DNA of 64,000 bases from Candidatus Omnitrophota bacterium (GCA_022710715.1 JAKLGJ010000004.1:166-64165); one strand, 5' to 3'; positions 1-9,532 are shown, numbered from the stretch's first letter. Notes: generated by a model from the sequence alone, not told the origin. A program made the numbers and translations.

Positions 1-1
1 G

Positions 2-121
2 GCCGACCTTGCCGGCATAGACTACGCTTTTGACCACGGGAACATCCTGCAGGATTATCTTCGCTTCAAACAGGGGCACGATCCCTTCTCACAGGAGAAC
101 ACCGGCGCAAATCCTTTTTAG
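2..121 (+). CDS. 3' end of an upstream gene of unknown product (39 sense codons then TAG), truncated by the window edge
   Basis: Frame 2 is open from the window edge to TAG at 119-121. The translation (ADLAGIDYAFDHGNILQDYLRFKQGHDPFSQENTGANPF) has a coding-like composition. No domain recognised. Confidence 0.2.
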   Translation, partial: ADLAGIDYAFDHGNILQDYLRFKQGHDPFSQENTGANPF

Positions 122-156
122 CGCCGGGTGTCCCTCGTCGCCTTTCGGGCTACGGC

Positions 157-2070
157 TCACCCTTCTCTAAGTTGTTTTTCGGCGTCTACGATGTCGCGGT
201 TGATCACCCGGATGGATTCGGATATGCGCTCGGTGAGAACAAAAGAGGAAATGGGATTATCTTTGATTTCTTTGAGGATCTGTATGGCCATTCTGAAGTA
301 GCGCACCACTTCGCCTTCGTCGGTATCCGTAAAAGGCAGGATCTTGGAGAATTCCGTTCCCCGCATCCAGTATTCCATGGCCAGCGCCAGATGGAAATAG
401 GGAACTTTGCTTACCGGATAGATGCGGTGTTTCATCTCCCGGCTCTTGATTTTTTCGTGCATCTCTTCGCAGAACATGCGTATCCGCCGGGCATTTTTGG
501 AGATATTCAGGAGGTGTTGATTTTTCCGCGGTTCAAAAACCGCGGACACCGCGATTACGCCCAGGCCGAATTCGTCAAGCTGCTCGAATATTCCCTGATC
601 GTATAATTCCGCAAGGATCAGTTCGTAGCCGTAGACGGATTTGGCAAATTCACCTTTCATCGTGACCCCGCCGGAGTCGATATAACCCATCTCTTTCAGC
701 AGGGTGAGTTTCGCCTCCAGCAAACGCAACGCCTCTTTTTGCTGATGTTTCTTCGACTGGAAATAATGCAAAGAGAGGGCGTATACCCTGGTGAGATCGT
801 CTTTGTATTTCTGATAGAGGTTCAGGATAGTGGCGTACGAAGTGTTGAACTGACTGGTCACGCCTTCGGGTTTGTCATAGATGACCCGCTTGACCTCTTC
901 GGGACTGATCCGGCTGGGGTTGACCCGGCAATAAACAAAACCTTCCTCATCCAGCCCGCGCCTGCCCGCGCGTCCGGCCATCTGATAGAAATCGCGGGTT
1001 TTAAGAATGCGGATGTAATGTCCGTAATATTTGCGCAGGTCGTCGAAAATCACCGAGCGACTGGGCATATTGATCCCCAGGGCGAACGTTTCCGTGGTGA
1101 AGATGACTTTGAGCAGTCTGCTGGTGAAAAGCCTCTCGATCGCTTCTTTGAGCGTGGGGAGCATCCCGGCGTGATGATAGGCGATGCCGCGCTCTATGAG
1201 AGGGTAGATGTTCTGCGCGGATTTTTCGCCTTTCAGATCGAAACGCTGCGCCAGGCCGCGGTACATATCGATGATAATGCGTTTTTCTTCCTTGTTCAGG
1301 AAATCCCGGCTGGCTAATTCGCAGGCCAGGTCTTCGGCGCGTTTGCGGCCGAAAACAAAATAAATGCACGGCAACCCTTCGCGGTTTTCCAAATAACTGA
1401 CCAGCGAAAAGAGCTTGTTTGATTTTGCGTAGGCGAATTTCCTCGGCTGGGGTATTTTGTCCGAAACCATGTTGCCGCACTGGAAAAAGAAATGCAGCGG
1501 CACCGGCCGCTTTTCTTCGATAACGATTTTGATGGGTTTGGCGTGTATGGATTCTATCCAGTCCGCGACCTGCTTGATGTTGGGAATGGTGGCGGATAGC
1601 CCGAGCAGGTTCATGTGCTTGGGGAGGAACATCAGCGATTCTTCCCAGACGGTCCCGCGTTCGGGATTGTCCAGGTAATGGATTTCGTCGAAAATGACCC
1701 AGGAATAACGCTTGAGGCTGTCCGGTTCGTCGAGGATCTTGTTGCGGAAGATCTCGGTGGTCATGATCAGGACCGGCGCGTCGGGGTTGAGCGAGACGTC
1801 CCCGGTCAGGATCCCGATACTGTCGGCGAATCCAACCTGGAAATCGCGGAATTTCTGGTTCGAAAGGGCTTTGATGGGAGCGGTATAGATGACCCCTACG
1901 CCGCGTTCCAGGGAGCTTTGTATGACATGTTCGGCAATGGCGGTTTTGCCTGCGCCGGTGGGAGCGGAGACGATGACGGAGAGATCCTGATTGATGTAGT
2001 CGATGGCTTCCTGCTGGAACCGGTCGTAGCGCATGCTTCTATTATATTCTAAATCAGTTGATTTATCCAC
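157..2070 (-). CDS. Superfamily-2 DEAD/DEAH-box helicase, Ski2/HelY-like
   Basis: Walker A SAPTGAGKT, DEIH (motif II) and SAT motifs; helicase C-terminal domain with the QMAGRAGRRG motif. 637 aa. The start could instead be the ATG at 2034 (MRYDRF...); the track start is a GTG. Confidence 0.85.
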   Translation of the reverse strand: MDKSTDLEYNRSMRYDRFQQEAIDYINQDLSVIVSAPTGAGKTAIAEHVIQSSLERGVGVIYTAPIKALSNQKFRDFQVGFADSIGILTGDVSLNPDAPVLIMTTEIFRNKILDEPDSLKRYSWVIFDEIHYLDNPERGTVWEESLMFLPKHMNLLGLSATIPNIKQVADWIESIHAKPIKIVIEEKRPVPLHFFFQCGNMVSDKIPQPRKFAYAKSNKLFSLVSYLENREGLPCIYFVFGRKRAEDLACELASRDFLNKEEKRIIIDMYRGLAQRFDLKGEKSAQNIYPLIERGIAYHHAGMLPTLKEAIERLFTSRLLKVIFTTETFALGINMPSRSVIFDDLRKYYGHYIRILKTRDFYQMAGRAGRRGLDEEGFVYCRVNPSRISPEEVKRVIYDKPEGVTSQFNTSYATILNLYQKYKDDLTRVYALSLHYFQSKKHQQKEALRLLEAKLTLLKEMGYIDSGGVTMKGEFAKSVYGYELILAELYDQGIFEQLDEFGLGVIAVSAVFEPRKNQHLLNISKNARRIRMFCEEMHEKIKSREMKHRIYPVSKVPYFHLALAMEYWMRGTEFSKILPFTDTDEGEVVRYFRMAIQILKEIKDNPISSFVLTERISESIRVINRDIVDAEKQLREG

Positions 2071-2086
2071 GAAAAATGAGTAGAAT
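2058..2086 (+). promoter_or_regulatory. Sigma70-like promoter TTGATT-N17-TAGAAT that places the transcription start at about the ATG of the 2093 ORF (leaderless)
   Basis: TTGATT at 2058-2063 and TAGAAT at 2081-2086, inside an AT-rich divergent intergenic region. The ATG at 2093 is 7 nt after the -10 element and has no SD. Confidence 0.35.
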
Positions 2087-2092
2087 GAAACT

Positions 2093-2644
2093 ATGAGTTA
2101 CGAAACGGCATTGCAGAAAGGATGGGAGAAGGTGGCCGGGGTTATACCGTCCGGATCCGCGAGCGTGCGTTTCATGGGTGATGTCTATGATGTGCAGGCG
2201 CGCGAAAAGCGGATCCTTTCCCGCTCCTGCAATGCTCCGGTCAAAGATTTTCTCTCTATCCTGCTCTTGCATTATCTGGCGGCCAGAACTGCCGGGTTAC
2301 CGGCGCCCGGAGGAGAGTGGATCTCTTTTAAAGAATTGGCAGGGGGGGAAAGTTATTATCCGGCGTTTCGCAAAAGAGCCATTGAACCTATCCTGCATAA
2401 ATACGGTAAACAGCCGACATTGCTTCTGGAGGTTGGTCTGCGATTGCCCGCGAGGAGGATTCAGCAGGCGGATGCCGCAGTAATTCTGGAAGTATTTGAA
2501 AACATTGAAGTTTTGATTGAAATATGGGCGGGAGATGAAGAGTTTGGCCCGGAAGCGAATATGCTTTTTGACCGAACGTTGCCCTTGATTTTCTGCACCG
2601 AGGATATTGCGGTGCTGGGTGGCTTTATTGCCAAGTATCTCTAG
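2093..2644 (+). CDS. Hypothetical protein (183 aa), no confident domain
   Basis: Clean ORF divergent from the helicase, followed 24 bp later by the nuclease gene. Sequence is coding-like. Confidence 0.5.
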   Translation: MSYETALQKGWEKVAGVIPSGSASVRFMGDVYDVQAREKRILSRSCNAPVKDFLSILLLHYLAARTAGLPAPGGEWISFKELAGGESYYPAFRKRAIEPILHKYGKQPTLLLEVGLRLPARRIQQADAAVILEVFENIEVLIEIWAGDEEFGPEANMLFDRTLPLIFCTEDIAVLGGFIAKYL

Positions 2645-2668
2645 CCGGCTATATATAGGAAGGCGAGC

Positions 2669-3223
2669 ATGAAAAAAAGCCTTTGGATAGTGCTGGCGGC
2701 GTCAGCAGCCGCGCTGTTGTACGGTTGTGAAGCCGGTTCGCTCGAGACGTCTGGCGCCGGCAAAACGGGCGTTCCGTTCGGTCAGCGCTTCAGCTATAAT
2801 GATATCCTGGTAACCAGGGTGGTTGACGGCGATACCTTAAAACTGGCCAACGGCGAACGGGTGCGGTTGATCGGTATCGACACGCCGGAAGTGCATGAAT
2901 CCTACAAGCTCCATCGTGACAGTCAACAAAGCGGGAAAGACATTTCAACCATCCGTTCTCTGGGAAAACGCTCCAGCGTTTTCGTCAAAGAGCTGGTCGA
3001 AAATAAACGCGTGCGGCTGGAGTTCGATGTGGAACGGCGAGACAAATATGGCCGTCTGCTGGCGTATGTATATCTTCAGGACGGGACGTTTCTCAATGCC
3101 GAGATCATCCGCCAGGGATATGCTTCATTGCTGACGTACCCTCCGAACGTCAAACACGCGGAGGAATTCCGGAAATTATATCAGCAGGCCCGTGATGATA
3201 AGCGGGGTTTGTGGAAAGACTAA
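2669..3223 (+). CDS. Thermonuclease (staphylococcal nuclease, SNase) family lipoprotein
   Basis: Signal peptide ending LLYGC (lipobox-like). SNase motifs DGDT, RLIGIDTPE and YGRLLAYV. An AGGAAGG SD precedes the ATG. Confidence 0.8.
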   Translation: MKKSLWIVLAASAAALLYGCEAGSLETSGAGKTGVPFGQRFSYNDILVTRVVDGDTLKLANGERVRLIGIDTPEVHESYKLHRDSQQSGKDISTIRSLGKRSSVFVKELVENKRVRLEFDVERRDKYGRLLAYVYLQDGTFLNAEIIRQGYASLLTYPPNVKHAEEFRKLYQQARDDKRGLWKD

Positions 3224-3235
3224 ACGGAGGTTGGT

Positions 3236-4285
3236 ATGTTACGATATCTGACTGCGGGAGAATCGCACGGCCGGGGACTGGTGGCTATCCTTGAAGGCAT
3301 GCCGGCAGGCGTGCGCGTTGACCTGTCGTATATCAACGCTCAACTTAAGCGGCGCCAGATGGGTTTCGGTCGCGGTAAGCGCATGCAAATCGAAAACGAT
3401 AAGGCGCGGATACTCTCGGGACTCAAAGGCGGGGTGACGCTGGGCAGCCCGCTTACCGTCCTGGTGGAGAACAAAGATTTCAGTATCGAAAAACTGCATA
3501 ACGTTCTGGCTGCGCGACCCGGACATGCCGATTTGGCCGGCGCGTTGAAATACGGATTCAGCGATATTCGCAATGTCCTGGAAAGAGCCTCTGCGCGCAG
3601 CACTGCCGCTACCGTGGCTGTGGGGGGGCTGTGCCGGATTCTCTTGAAGGTTTTTCATATTGAAATAACCAGCACGGTCGTTTCCATAGGCGGAGAGCGT
3701 TCCCATCGCGGGCGCATTGCCAGGATCAAGCAGGCGATGGAAGCAAAAGATACTGTGGGCGGGATCTTCGAAGTCAGAGCTCAAGGCGTGCCGGTCGGTC
3801 TGGGTAGTTATGCCCAGCCGGATAGAAGACTGGATGGCCGTCTGGCCCAGGCGTTGATGTCCATTCCCGGGATCAAAGCAGTGGAGATCGGATTGGGGTT
3901 TGGTTACGCGGACCAATTCGGTTCCCGGGTGCACGATGCGATTTATTGTTCTCCCGGTAAAGGTTTTTATCATCGCACCAACAATGCCGGCGGCATCGAA
4001 GGCGGGATCTCCAATGGCGAAGCGGTGGTAGTGCGGGCCTGCATGAAACCCATTGCTACGTTATTGCAGCCTCTTGATTCTGTGAACATCGCGACGCGCA
4101 AGCCGGCTCAAGCGGCTGTAGAGCGCTCGGATTATTGCGCGGTAGAATCTGCGGGAGTCGTGGCGGAAGCCGCATGCGCGCTGGTGCTGGCGGATCTTTT
4201 CCTGGAGAAATTCGGGTCGGATAATCTGGAGGATATTCAAGCCGCCGTCGCTCGCTACAGGAAACGCTTAAAAAATAAACGTTAG
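3236..4285 (+). CDS. aroC: Chorismate synthase
   Basis: N-terminus LRYLTAGESHGRGLVAILEGMPAG and the GGISNGE motif are typical of AroC. 349 aa. Confidence 0.95.
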   Translation: MLRYLTAGESHGRGLVAILEGMPAGVRVDLSYINAQLKRRQMGFGRGKRMQIENDKARILSGLKGGVTLGSPLTVLVENKDFSIEKLHNVLAARPGHADLAGALKYGFSDIRNVLERASARSTAATVAVGGLCRILLKVFHIEITSTVVSIGGERSHRGRIARIKQAMEAKDTVGGIFEVRAQGVPVGLGSYAQPDRRLDGRLAQALMSIPGIKAVEIGLGFGYADQFGSRVHDAIYCSPGKGFYHRTNNAGGIEGGISNGEAVVVRACMKPIATLLQPLDSVNIATRKPAQAAVERSDYCAVESAGVVAEAACALVLADLFLEKFGSDNLEDIQAAVARYRKRLKNKR

Positions 4286-4331
4286 AAATCGCCTCCTCGC
4301 GCGTCTATTAAAGCGGAAGGAGGTGATACCC

Positions 4332-4589
4332 ATGCCCAAGGTTCCAGCAATTCAGGTTATCCGCCTGCATAAGTTTGACGGTGATTCCAAGACGAAAGCG
4401 TTTGCGGATATCTCCATCGGTGATTTTATCGTCAAAGGCTTGCGGGTCGTCGAAGGATCAGACGGGTTGTTTCTGGCTATGCCGAGCGAGAAAGCTAAGG
4501 ACGGAAAGTGGTACAATACGTTCTTTCCGGCTACCAAGGAAGCCCATCAGGTCTTAGCGGATGCCGTGTTAGCAGAGTTTCAAAAGTAG
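4332..4589 (+). CDS. spoVG: Septation protein SpoVG
   Basis: IxVxRLHK...DGLFLAMPS core of the SpoVG family. AAGGAGG SD 7 nt upstream of the ATG at 4332; the track start is an upstream GTG. Confidence 0.9.
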   Translation: MPKVPAIQVIRLHKFDGDSKTKAFADISIGDFIVKGLRVVEGSDGLFLAMPSEKAKDGKWYNTFFPATKEAHQVLADAVLAEFQK

Positions 4590-4602
4590 CGTTCCCGCGG
4601 AT

Positions 4603-4631
4603 ATGCTGCCGGCCTTATCGACCGGCAGCAT
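4603..4631 (+). promoter_or_regulatory. Perfect 10-bp stem-loop (ATGCTGCCGG-N9-CCGGCAGCAT) between spoVG and aroK, without a U-tract
   Basis: Inverted repeat read directly from the sequence. Possible RNA processing or attenuation element, or a weak terminator. Confidence 0.3.
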
Positions 4632-4662
4632 ACCGTAAGGCTTCTGGACCAAGGAAGGTGCG

Positions 4663-5184
4663 TTGGTGAAAACGATCTATCTCGTGGGGTTTATGGGTAC
4701 GGGTAAGACCAGTGTGGGCAAGGCCCTGGCGGCGCAGAAAGGGCTTTCTTTTGTCGATCTGGATACGCGTATTGAAATTCGCGAAAAACGGCCGATTAAG
4801 ACTATTTTCTCCCAGGAAGGAGAAGCATATTTTCGCGCAATAGAGAGAGCCGCACTGGAAGATGTTGCTATCCAGCAGGACCAGGTGGTTTCCTGCGGCG
4901 GAGGCATTGTGCTTGCTCCGGAAAATATACGGACCATGAAGCAGCATGGAGTGATGATTTGTCTTGCTGCCAGCGTAGACTGTATCCTTAAGCGCACCGG
5001 CACATCGGCTGACCGTCCGCTTTTACAGGTAGCAGCGCCCAGAGCGCAGATTGAAAAAATGTTGGCCCAGCGGCAACCGTTGTATGCGCAGGCAGATTAT
5101 ACCGTAGATACGACCCGCCTTTCTATCCCCGCAATCGTCGCTCAAATCGACGCCTTCTTGAAAACGCTTTCTACTGCCTCTTGA
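4663..5184 (+). CDS. aroK: Shikimate kinase
   Basis: IYLVGFMGTGKTSVGKALA Walker A and overall AroK architecture, 173 aa. GTG start. Confidence 0.9.
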   Translation: MVKTIYLVGFMGTGKTSVGKALAAQKGLSFVDLDTRIEIREKRPIKTIFSQEGEAYFRAIERAALEDVAIQQDQVVSCGGGIVLAPENIRTMKQHGVMICLAASVDCILKRTGTSADRPLLQVAAPRAQIEKMLAQRQPLYAQADYTVDTTRLSIPAIVAQIDAFLKTLSTAS

Positions 5185-5371
5185 TAATCTATTGAAAAGG
5201 GTTGACTTACCGGGTACACTTAAGTAGATACATTATCGATGTATGCTTTATTAAGAGCGTGTCCTACCGAAAAGGGCCTTAGTTGAAACAAGAGGCCAAA
5301 GCCACGGGGTCAGGGGGGGAACTTCCGAACAGGTAGCATAACCTCTCTATAGATTTTTGACTAACCGGGTT

Positions 5372-5403
5372 GCCGAAGAGGATAAGGCAATTCGGTTTTT
5401 TTA
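5372..5403 (+). terminator. Hairpin (GCCGAA-N13-TTCGGT) followed by a U-tract, 14 nt upstream of the start of the large surface-protein gene
   Basis: Stem-loop plus TTTTTTTATTT. It could terminate the aroK unit or attenuate entry into the downstream gene. Confidence 0.4.
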
Positions 5404-5416
5404 TTTAGGACATAAA

Positions 5417-7999
5417 ATGAAAAATCAGCGTTTAAACCAGATAATCCGGAAAGTTACTTCAGCCCTGCTGGTCCTGATTTTCTCTCTTTCAGAGATTATC
5501 GGGATTGGAGCAGGAGAAGCGCTGGTTTACGATTTCCTGGGTCAAATCGGTGATTTTGCTTTACCTTCAGCCCAGGCTGCCCTGGATAGTGGATATAGCA
5601 GTTCGATCCCCAGCGGTTATTTCAGTTCTGTAACTTCTTCCACGTCAAGTTTTCCAACCGTATCATCAACCGTATCATCCGGGTCTTCTTATAGCTTTCA
5701 GAGTCCCAGTACAGTCATGGCTAGAGCGAATACCGAGTTTAGCTCTTCCAGCTATTCTAATTCTTTCGCCGCATCTTATGGCTCGACTATTCCCAGTACA
5801 GCGTCATTATTAAGCAGGTTCAGTGGCACTGAATCAGGCTTCAATGTAAGTGCCACTTCAACCAGCCCGGTTACCGCCTCTTCAAGTTTCACCAATCTGG
5901 TGGGGCAGAATTACCAGAACAATCAGGTTAATTTCCAGTCTTTATTAAACAACTATTCTGCTGAATCTTCACCGCTCCAATTCCGGTCTTTGGAAAGCCG
6001 TTTTTCTTCCGAATACACACCAATCCAATTCCGGAATTCTACCTCTGAAACTCCTTTTCAGAGCCTGGTTTCGCAGAATTATGCTGATCTTCGCTCTACT
6101 TTGGCGGCCCAGTATGCGGCTGAATCTTCCTGGTATTCCAACCCTTTGAATCCCAGTTCCCAGAGTTCGACTACCGGTTCAACAGGTTCCACCACTGCAC
6201 CCGGTTCTGTTTATCAGACCAGTTCGTTTTCAGATCTAATATCTCGATTTTCCAGTACTTATTCCGAATTTGCCAGCAATCCCCGGTTTCAGTTTACCGA
6301 TTACACTGCTACTTCCAGCCTTGTTTCACGCTTTACCACAAGTTCCGATACGTCTTCTACCAGCTCTTCATTGCTTTCCCGGCTTATATCTTCAACAACA
6401 ACCGGAACTCTAACTGGTACGGCTACCACCGGAACTTCCAGCAATAACGCCACTGCGCCCAGCACACAGAATTACACTTCTACTCATACTGTGGCTACGC
6501 CCAGCCCTGCGGTTGCGGTCCAAACAGCCAATACCACACAATCCGCGGCTAACGCTCCGGCTTCGCAAAGATCTGCCGGTTCACCGATCGTGGATGGGAG
6601 AGTGCAGGGTAAGAGCGCGATGACTGTCAGCGGTACAACGGCGGCACTATCCGGGGGGGTTAATTCGATTCTGTATAATCCGGGGATCAACAGCCAGTTA
6701 CCCGCAGAATATAACAAATTATTGACCGTTAACGGCAGCCGCTCACTGGTGGAAAACGGGGTCGTGGCTACAGAGAACCAGATGGTGGAAGTCGGTCCGC
6801 GCACTGCCCGGGATTTATTGATTGCCCGCCAGTCCCGCGCAGCGGAATCAGTAGCCGGCGATAATGTCCTGGTCGAAGCAGCGAACGCGTCTGCCGAACA
6901 GCCTCTTTTTAAAGCCAATTTATTGAACGCTAATCCTGCTACCGGTGATTTTACGGCCAAGAATGACTGGCAGGCTTATAAGAATCAGATCGATATAGTC
7001 AAGCAGAAGAATAATGACATCAAATTATCGGAATTATTGAAGAATTCACTCACCCCGTTGATGAAATCGCCGCTCGCCAACAAGCTTATGAACGGTTTAA
7101 TGGAAGTTTGCAGTGATGTACGCATGCCGTCATCCAGAAAAACATTTGATACGGATACGTTGCCGCCGTTACCCCGGCAAACGAATGATAAAGAAAGCAT
7201 CAGCGCTCATTCTAAAGAGAAGGGTATCATTGCCCAGGATTACCACGCACAATCCAGCCCGATCAATCCGGTTACTCAATTCATAGATTATACTCGACCG
7301 GTCAGTGATTATCTGATCAAAAACGGTTTGTCTCCGCCGGGCGGGAACATTTTATTTTCCTCTCTTCCCGCTTCAAATAACCGTATCACCACCTCATCCG
7401 AAGATAAAAACAGTCGGCTCGAGTCTTTGCCGCTGATTTATTCCTCTGGTAATTCCTCCACGCTTGATTCAAACAAAAATTCCATTGCCTTCACTAATGT
7501 TTCTCATTCGAATTCAATCAGTTCTATAGATTGTTTCTCCCCCAGGGCCCTGACGACTTCACGTGTTGGGGCCCTCCCCCTGACAGACCAGCCCGTTACC
7601 GGGCATAAAAATAGCGAAAGCGTAGATTGTTTCTCCCCCAGGGCCCTGACGACTTCACGTGTTGGGGCCCTCCCCCTGACAGAACAGCCCGTTACCGGGC
7701 ATAAAAATAGCGAAAGCGTAGATTGTTTCTCCCCCAGGGCCTTGGTGACTTCAGTTGCCAGGGCCCTCCCCCTGACAGAACAGCCCGTTACCGGGCATAA
7801 AAATAGCGAAAGCGTAGATTGTTTCTCCCCCAGGGCCTTGGTGACTTCAGTTGCTAGGGCCCTCCCCCTGACAGACCAGCCCGTTACCGGGCATAAAAAT
7901 AGCGAAAGCGTAGATTGTTTCTCCCCCAGGGCCCTGACGACTTCACGTGTTGGGGCCCTCCCCCTAAACCATTGTAACCAAGGAGGCAGCAATGTGTAA
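5417..7999 (+). CDS. Large Ser/Thr-rich signal-anchored (secreted or surface) protein with five C-terminal 32-aa tandem repeats
   Basis: N-terminal hydrophobic anchor (ALLVLIFSLSEIIGIGAG). About 600 aa of low-complexity S/T/Q-rich sequence with degenerate FQS/RFSS motifs. The C-terminus is DCFSPRALTTSRVGALPLTDQPVTGHKNSESV x5. Start taken at the ATG at 5417 (MKNQRL...). Confidence 0.75.
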   Translation: MKNQRLNQIIRKVTSALLVLIFSLSEIIGIGAGEALVYDFLGQIGDFALPSAQAALDSGYSSSIPSGYFSSVTSSTSSFPTVSSTVSSGSSYSFQSPSTVMARANTEFSSSSYSNSFAASYGSTIPSTASLLSRFSGTESGFNVSATSTSPVTASSSFTNLVGQNYQNNQVNFQSLLNNYSAESSPLQFRSLESRFSSEYTPIQFRNSTSETPFQSLVSQNYADLRSTLAAQYAAESSWYSNPLNPSSQSSTTGSTGSTTAPGSVYQTSSFSDLISRFSSTYSEFASNPRFQFTDYTATSSLVSRFTTSSDTSSTSSSLLSRLISSTTTGTLTGTATTGTSSNNATAPSTQNYTSTHTVATPSPAVAVQTANTTQSAANAPASQRSAGSPIVDGRVQGKSAMTVSGTTAALSGGVNSILYNPGINSQLPAEYNKLLTVNGSRSLVENGVVATENQMVEVGPRTARDLLIARQSRAAESVAGDNVLVEAANASAEQPLFKANLLNANPATGDFTAKNDWQAYKNQIDIVKQKNNDIKLSELLKNSLTPLMKSPLANKLMNGLMEVCSDVRMPSSRKTFDTDTLPPLPRQTNDKESISAHSKEKGIIAQDYHAQSSPINPVTQFIDYTRPVSDYLIKNGLSPPGGNILFSSLPASNNRITTSSEDKNSRLESLPLIYSSGNSSTLDSNKNSIAFTNVSHSNSISSIDCFSPRALTTSRVGALPLTDQPVTGHKNSESVDCFSPRALTTSRVGALPLTEQPVTGHKNSESVDCFSPRALVTSVARALPLTEQPVTGHKNSESVDCFSPRALVTSVARALPLTDQPVTGHKNSESVDCFSPRALTTSRVGALPLNHCNQGGSNV
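7529..7966. repeat. Direct tandem repeat, 96-bp unit x about 4.5 copies, more than 90% identical, inside the coding sequence
   Basis: Unit starts at 7529, 7625, 7721, 7817 and 7913. Copies differ only in a short TTGGTGACTTCAGTTGC versus CTGACGACTTCACGTGT segment. Confidence 0.95.
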
Positions 8000-8297
8000 A
8001 CGTAACTATGTCGGGTTAACCTTCGATCACATGGTGATATTCAAGCAGGATCAGAGCGTTTTCGCCAAAGCGCGGGAAATGGGCACGGAAAAGACCTTTC
8101 TTTTCCTGGTTTCCACTGCTACCGGGATCATTTACGCTTTTGATGCCTTGAGAAACCGCTGGGAAACCCTGCACGGTGAAGATGAATACACGGTGCGGGA
8201 AGCCGTTGATCAGTCCATGCATTCCGGTATCACCGTTTATAAGTTACAGGGCAATTTCCGGCAGGTCATGGCTATCGGCTACAATGTGATGGCTTGA
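7992..8297 (+). CDS. Hypothetical protein (101 aa), translationally coupled to the repeat protein
   Basis: AAGGAGG SD and an ATG overlapping the stop of the upstream gene. No recognisable domain. Confidence 0.45.
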   Translation: MCKRNYVGLTFDHMVIFKQDQSVFAKAREMGTEKTFLFLVSTATGIIYAFDALRNRWETLHGEDEYTVREAVDQSMHSGITVYKLQGNFRQVMAIGYNVMA

Positions 8298-8398
8298 GCT
8301 TCGGGCAGGAAAAAGTTGTTAGATTCTTCCGGTTAAAGCGTCTATTAAAGAGAGCAGGCAGTTTTTTCAAAAACGCTCATTTTAACCGGAGGAGCGAC

Positions 8399-9532
8399 AT
8401 GACAGATTTCGAAGCATTAGTTGGTCTGAACCTCATCCCTGAAATCGGCAGCGTGCGTTTGAACAAGCTGCTGGAACGTTTCACCACCCCCGGGAATATT
8501 CTTCAATCTTCTCCTCACGAACTGCAGCAAGTCATGGGTATTGGTCCGGCGATTGCCGGCCATATCTGTTCGATCCGGGAATCCGAAATCAAAAAAGAAT
8601 TATCTGCCGCCGCCGCGCTGGGGTTGAGCGTGGTGAGTCTGGACCATCCGGATTATCCGCATCATCTCAAGCATATCCCCGATCCGCCGTTGGTGATTTA
8701 TGTCAAGGGCGCTTTTTCTTGCGCAGACGCCTGCGCCATTGCTATCGTCGGCTCGCGCCGGCCGTCTTTGTATGGGGGGGAGGCGGCAGAACGGTTCGGC
8801 CGGGAATTGAGCATGCGCAAAGTGACCGTTGTTTCCGGTATGGCCAAAGGTATTGATACCAGCGCACATAACGGAGCTTTAAAAGCTAAAGGCAGGACCA
8901 TTGCGGTCATGGGCAGTGGATTCGGCCAGATTTATCCTCCGGAAAACCGGCGACTTGCCGAGCGCATCGCGGAAAACGGAGCGGTTATCTCGGAGTTCCC
9001 TGTCGGGATGCAGCCTTTAAAGCAGAATTTTCCCTGCCGTAACCGGATTATCAGCGGTTTGTCCCTGGGCGTGCTGGTAGTGGAAGCTGCGCGCAACAGC
9101 GGAGCATTGATCACCGCACAGTACGCGCTGGAACAGAACAGGGATGTTTTCGCCCTTCCGGGAAGGATCGATTCGCTCACATCCTGCGGGCCGCACGATT
9201 TGATCAAGCAGGGCGCAAAGCTGGTCACCTGCGCAGAAGATATTATAGAAGAATACGCTTCGCTGGAGAGTTTGTCCCGGTCTGCTCTGGCCGAAGCGGA
9301 TAGCCGGGATACGTCGCCGGCCGGGAATGCGCCGCCGCCGGAATGTTTATCTTGCGCAGAAAGCGTTTTGTATACTATAATATCTCAACAACCCGTCACC
9401 GTAGACGATCTGGTGGAAAAAAGCGGGCGGAGCGTCGGTGAAATTGCACCTGCTCTTCTCGGTTTACAGCTGCGGAAAATGATCGTACAGTTACCCGGGA
9501 AGAGATTCGCGAGGAGACCCCATGTCAGCTAA
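8399..9532 (+). CDS. dprA: DNA processing protein DprA (Smf)
   Basis: Rossmann-like DprA core (GMAKGIDTSAHNGAL...TIAVMGSGFGQIYPPEN...GAVISEFP) and a C-terminal winged-helix region. GGAGG SD. Confidence 0.9.
   Translation: MTDFEALVGLNLIPEIGSVRLNKLLERFTTPGNILQSSPHELQQVMGIGPAIAGHICSIRESEIKKELSAAAALGLSVVSLDHPDYPHHLKHIPDPPLVIYVKGAFSCADACAIAIVGSRRPSLYGGEAAERFGRELSMRKVTVVSGMAKGIDTSAHNGALKAKGRTIAVMGSGFGQIYPPENRRLAERIAENGAVISEFPVGMQPLKQNFPCRNRIISGLSLGVLVVEAARNSGALITAQYALEQNRDVFALPGRIDSLTSCGPHDLIKQGAKLVTCAEDIIEEYASLESLSRSALAEADSRDTSPAGNAPPPECLSCAESVLYTIISQQPVTVDDLVEKSGRSVGEIAPALLGLQLRKMIVQLPGKRFARRPHVS

Noticed and set aside
5185-5416. SRP (4.5S) RNA-like or tRNA-like structure in the 230-bp gap before the surface-protein gene (GGUCAGGGGGGGAACUUCCGAACAGG)
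   Set aside because: A GUCAGG block is present but the symmetric internal loop and the GGAA/AGCAGC elements of SRP domain IV are not. No tRNA T-loop (GTTCGAATC-type) is found anywhere in the intergenic regions.
7529-7966. Possible CRISPR array
   Set aside because: The 96-bp units abut with no unique spacers between them, lie in-frame within a coding sequence and encode a repeated peptide. This is a tandem coding repeat, not repeat-spacer architecture. No cas genes are present.
7504-7992. 162-aa minus-strand ORF with its own internal repeats
   Set aside because: It is the antisense shadow of the 96-bp tandem repeat inside the + strand surface-protein gene. Its periodicity simply mirrors the repeat.
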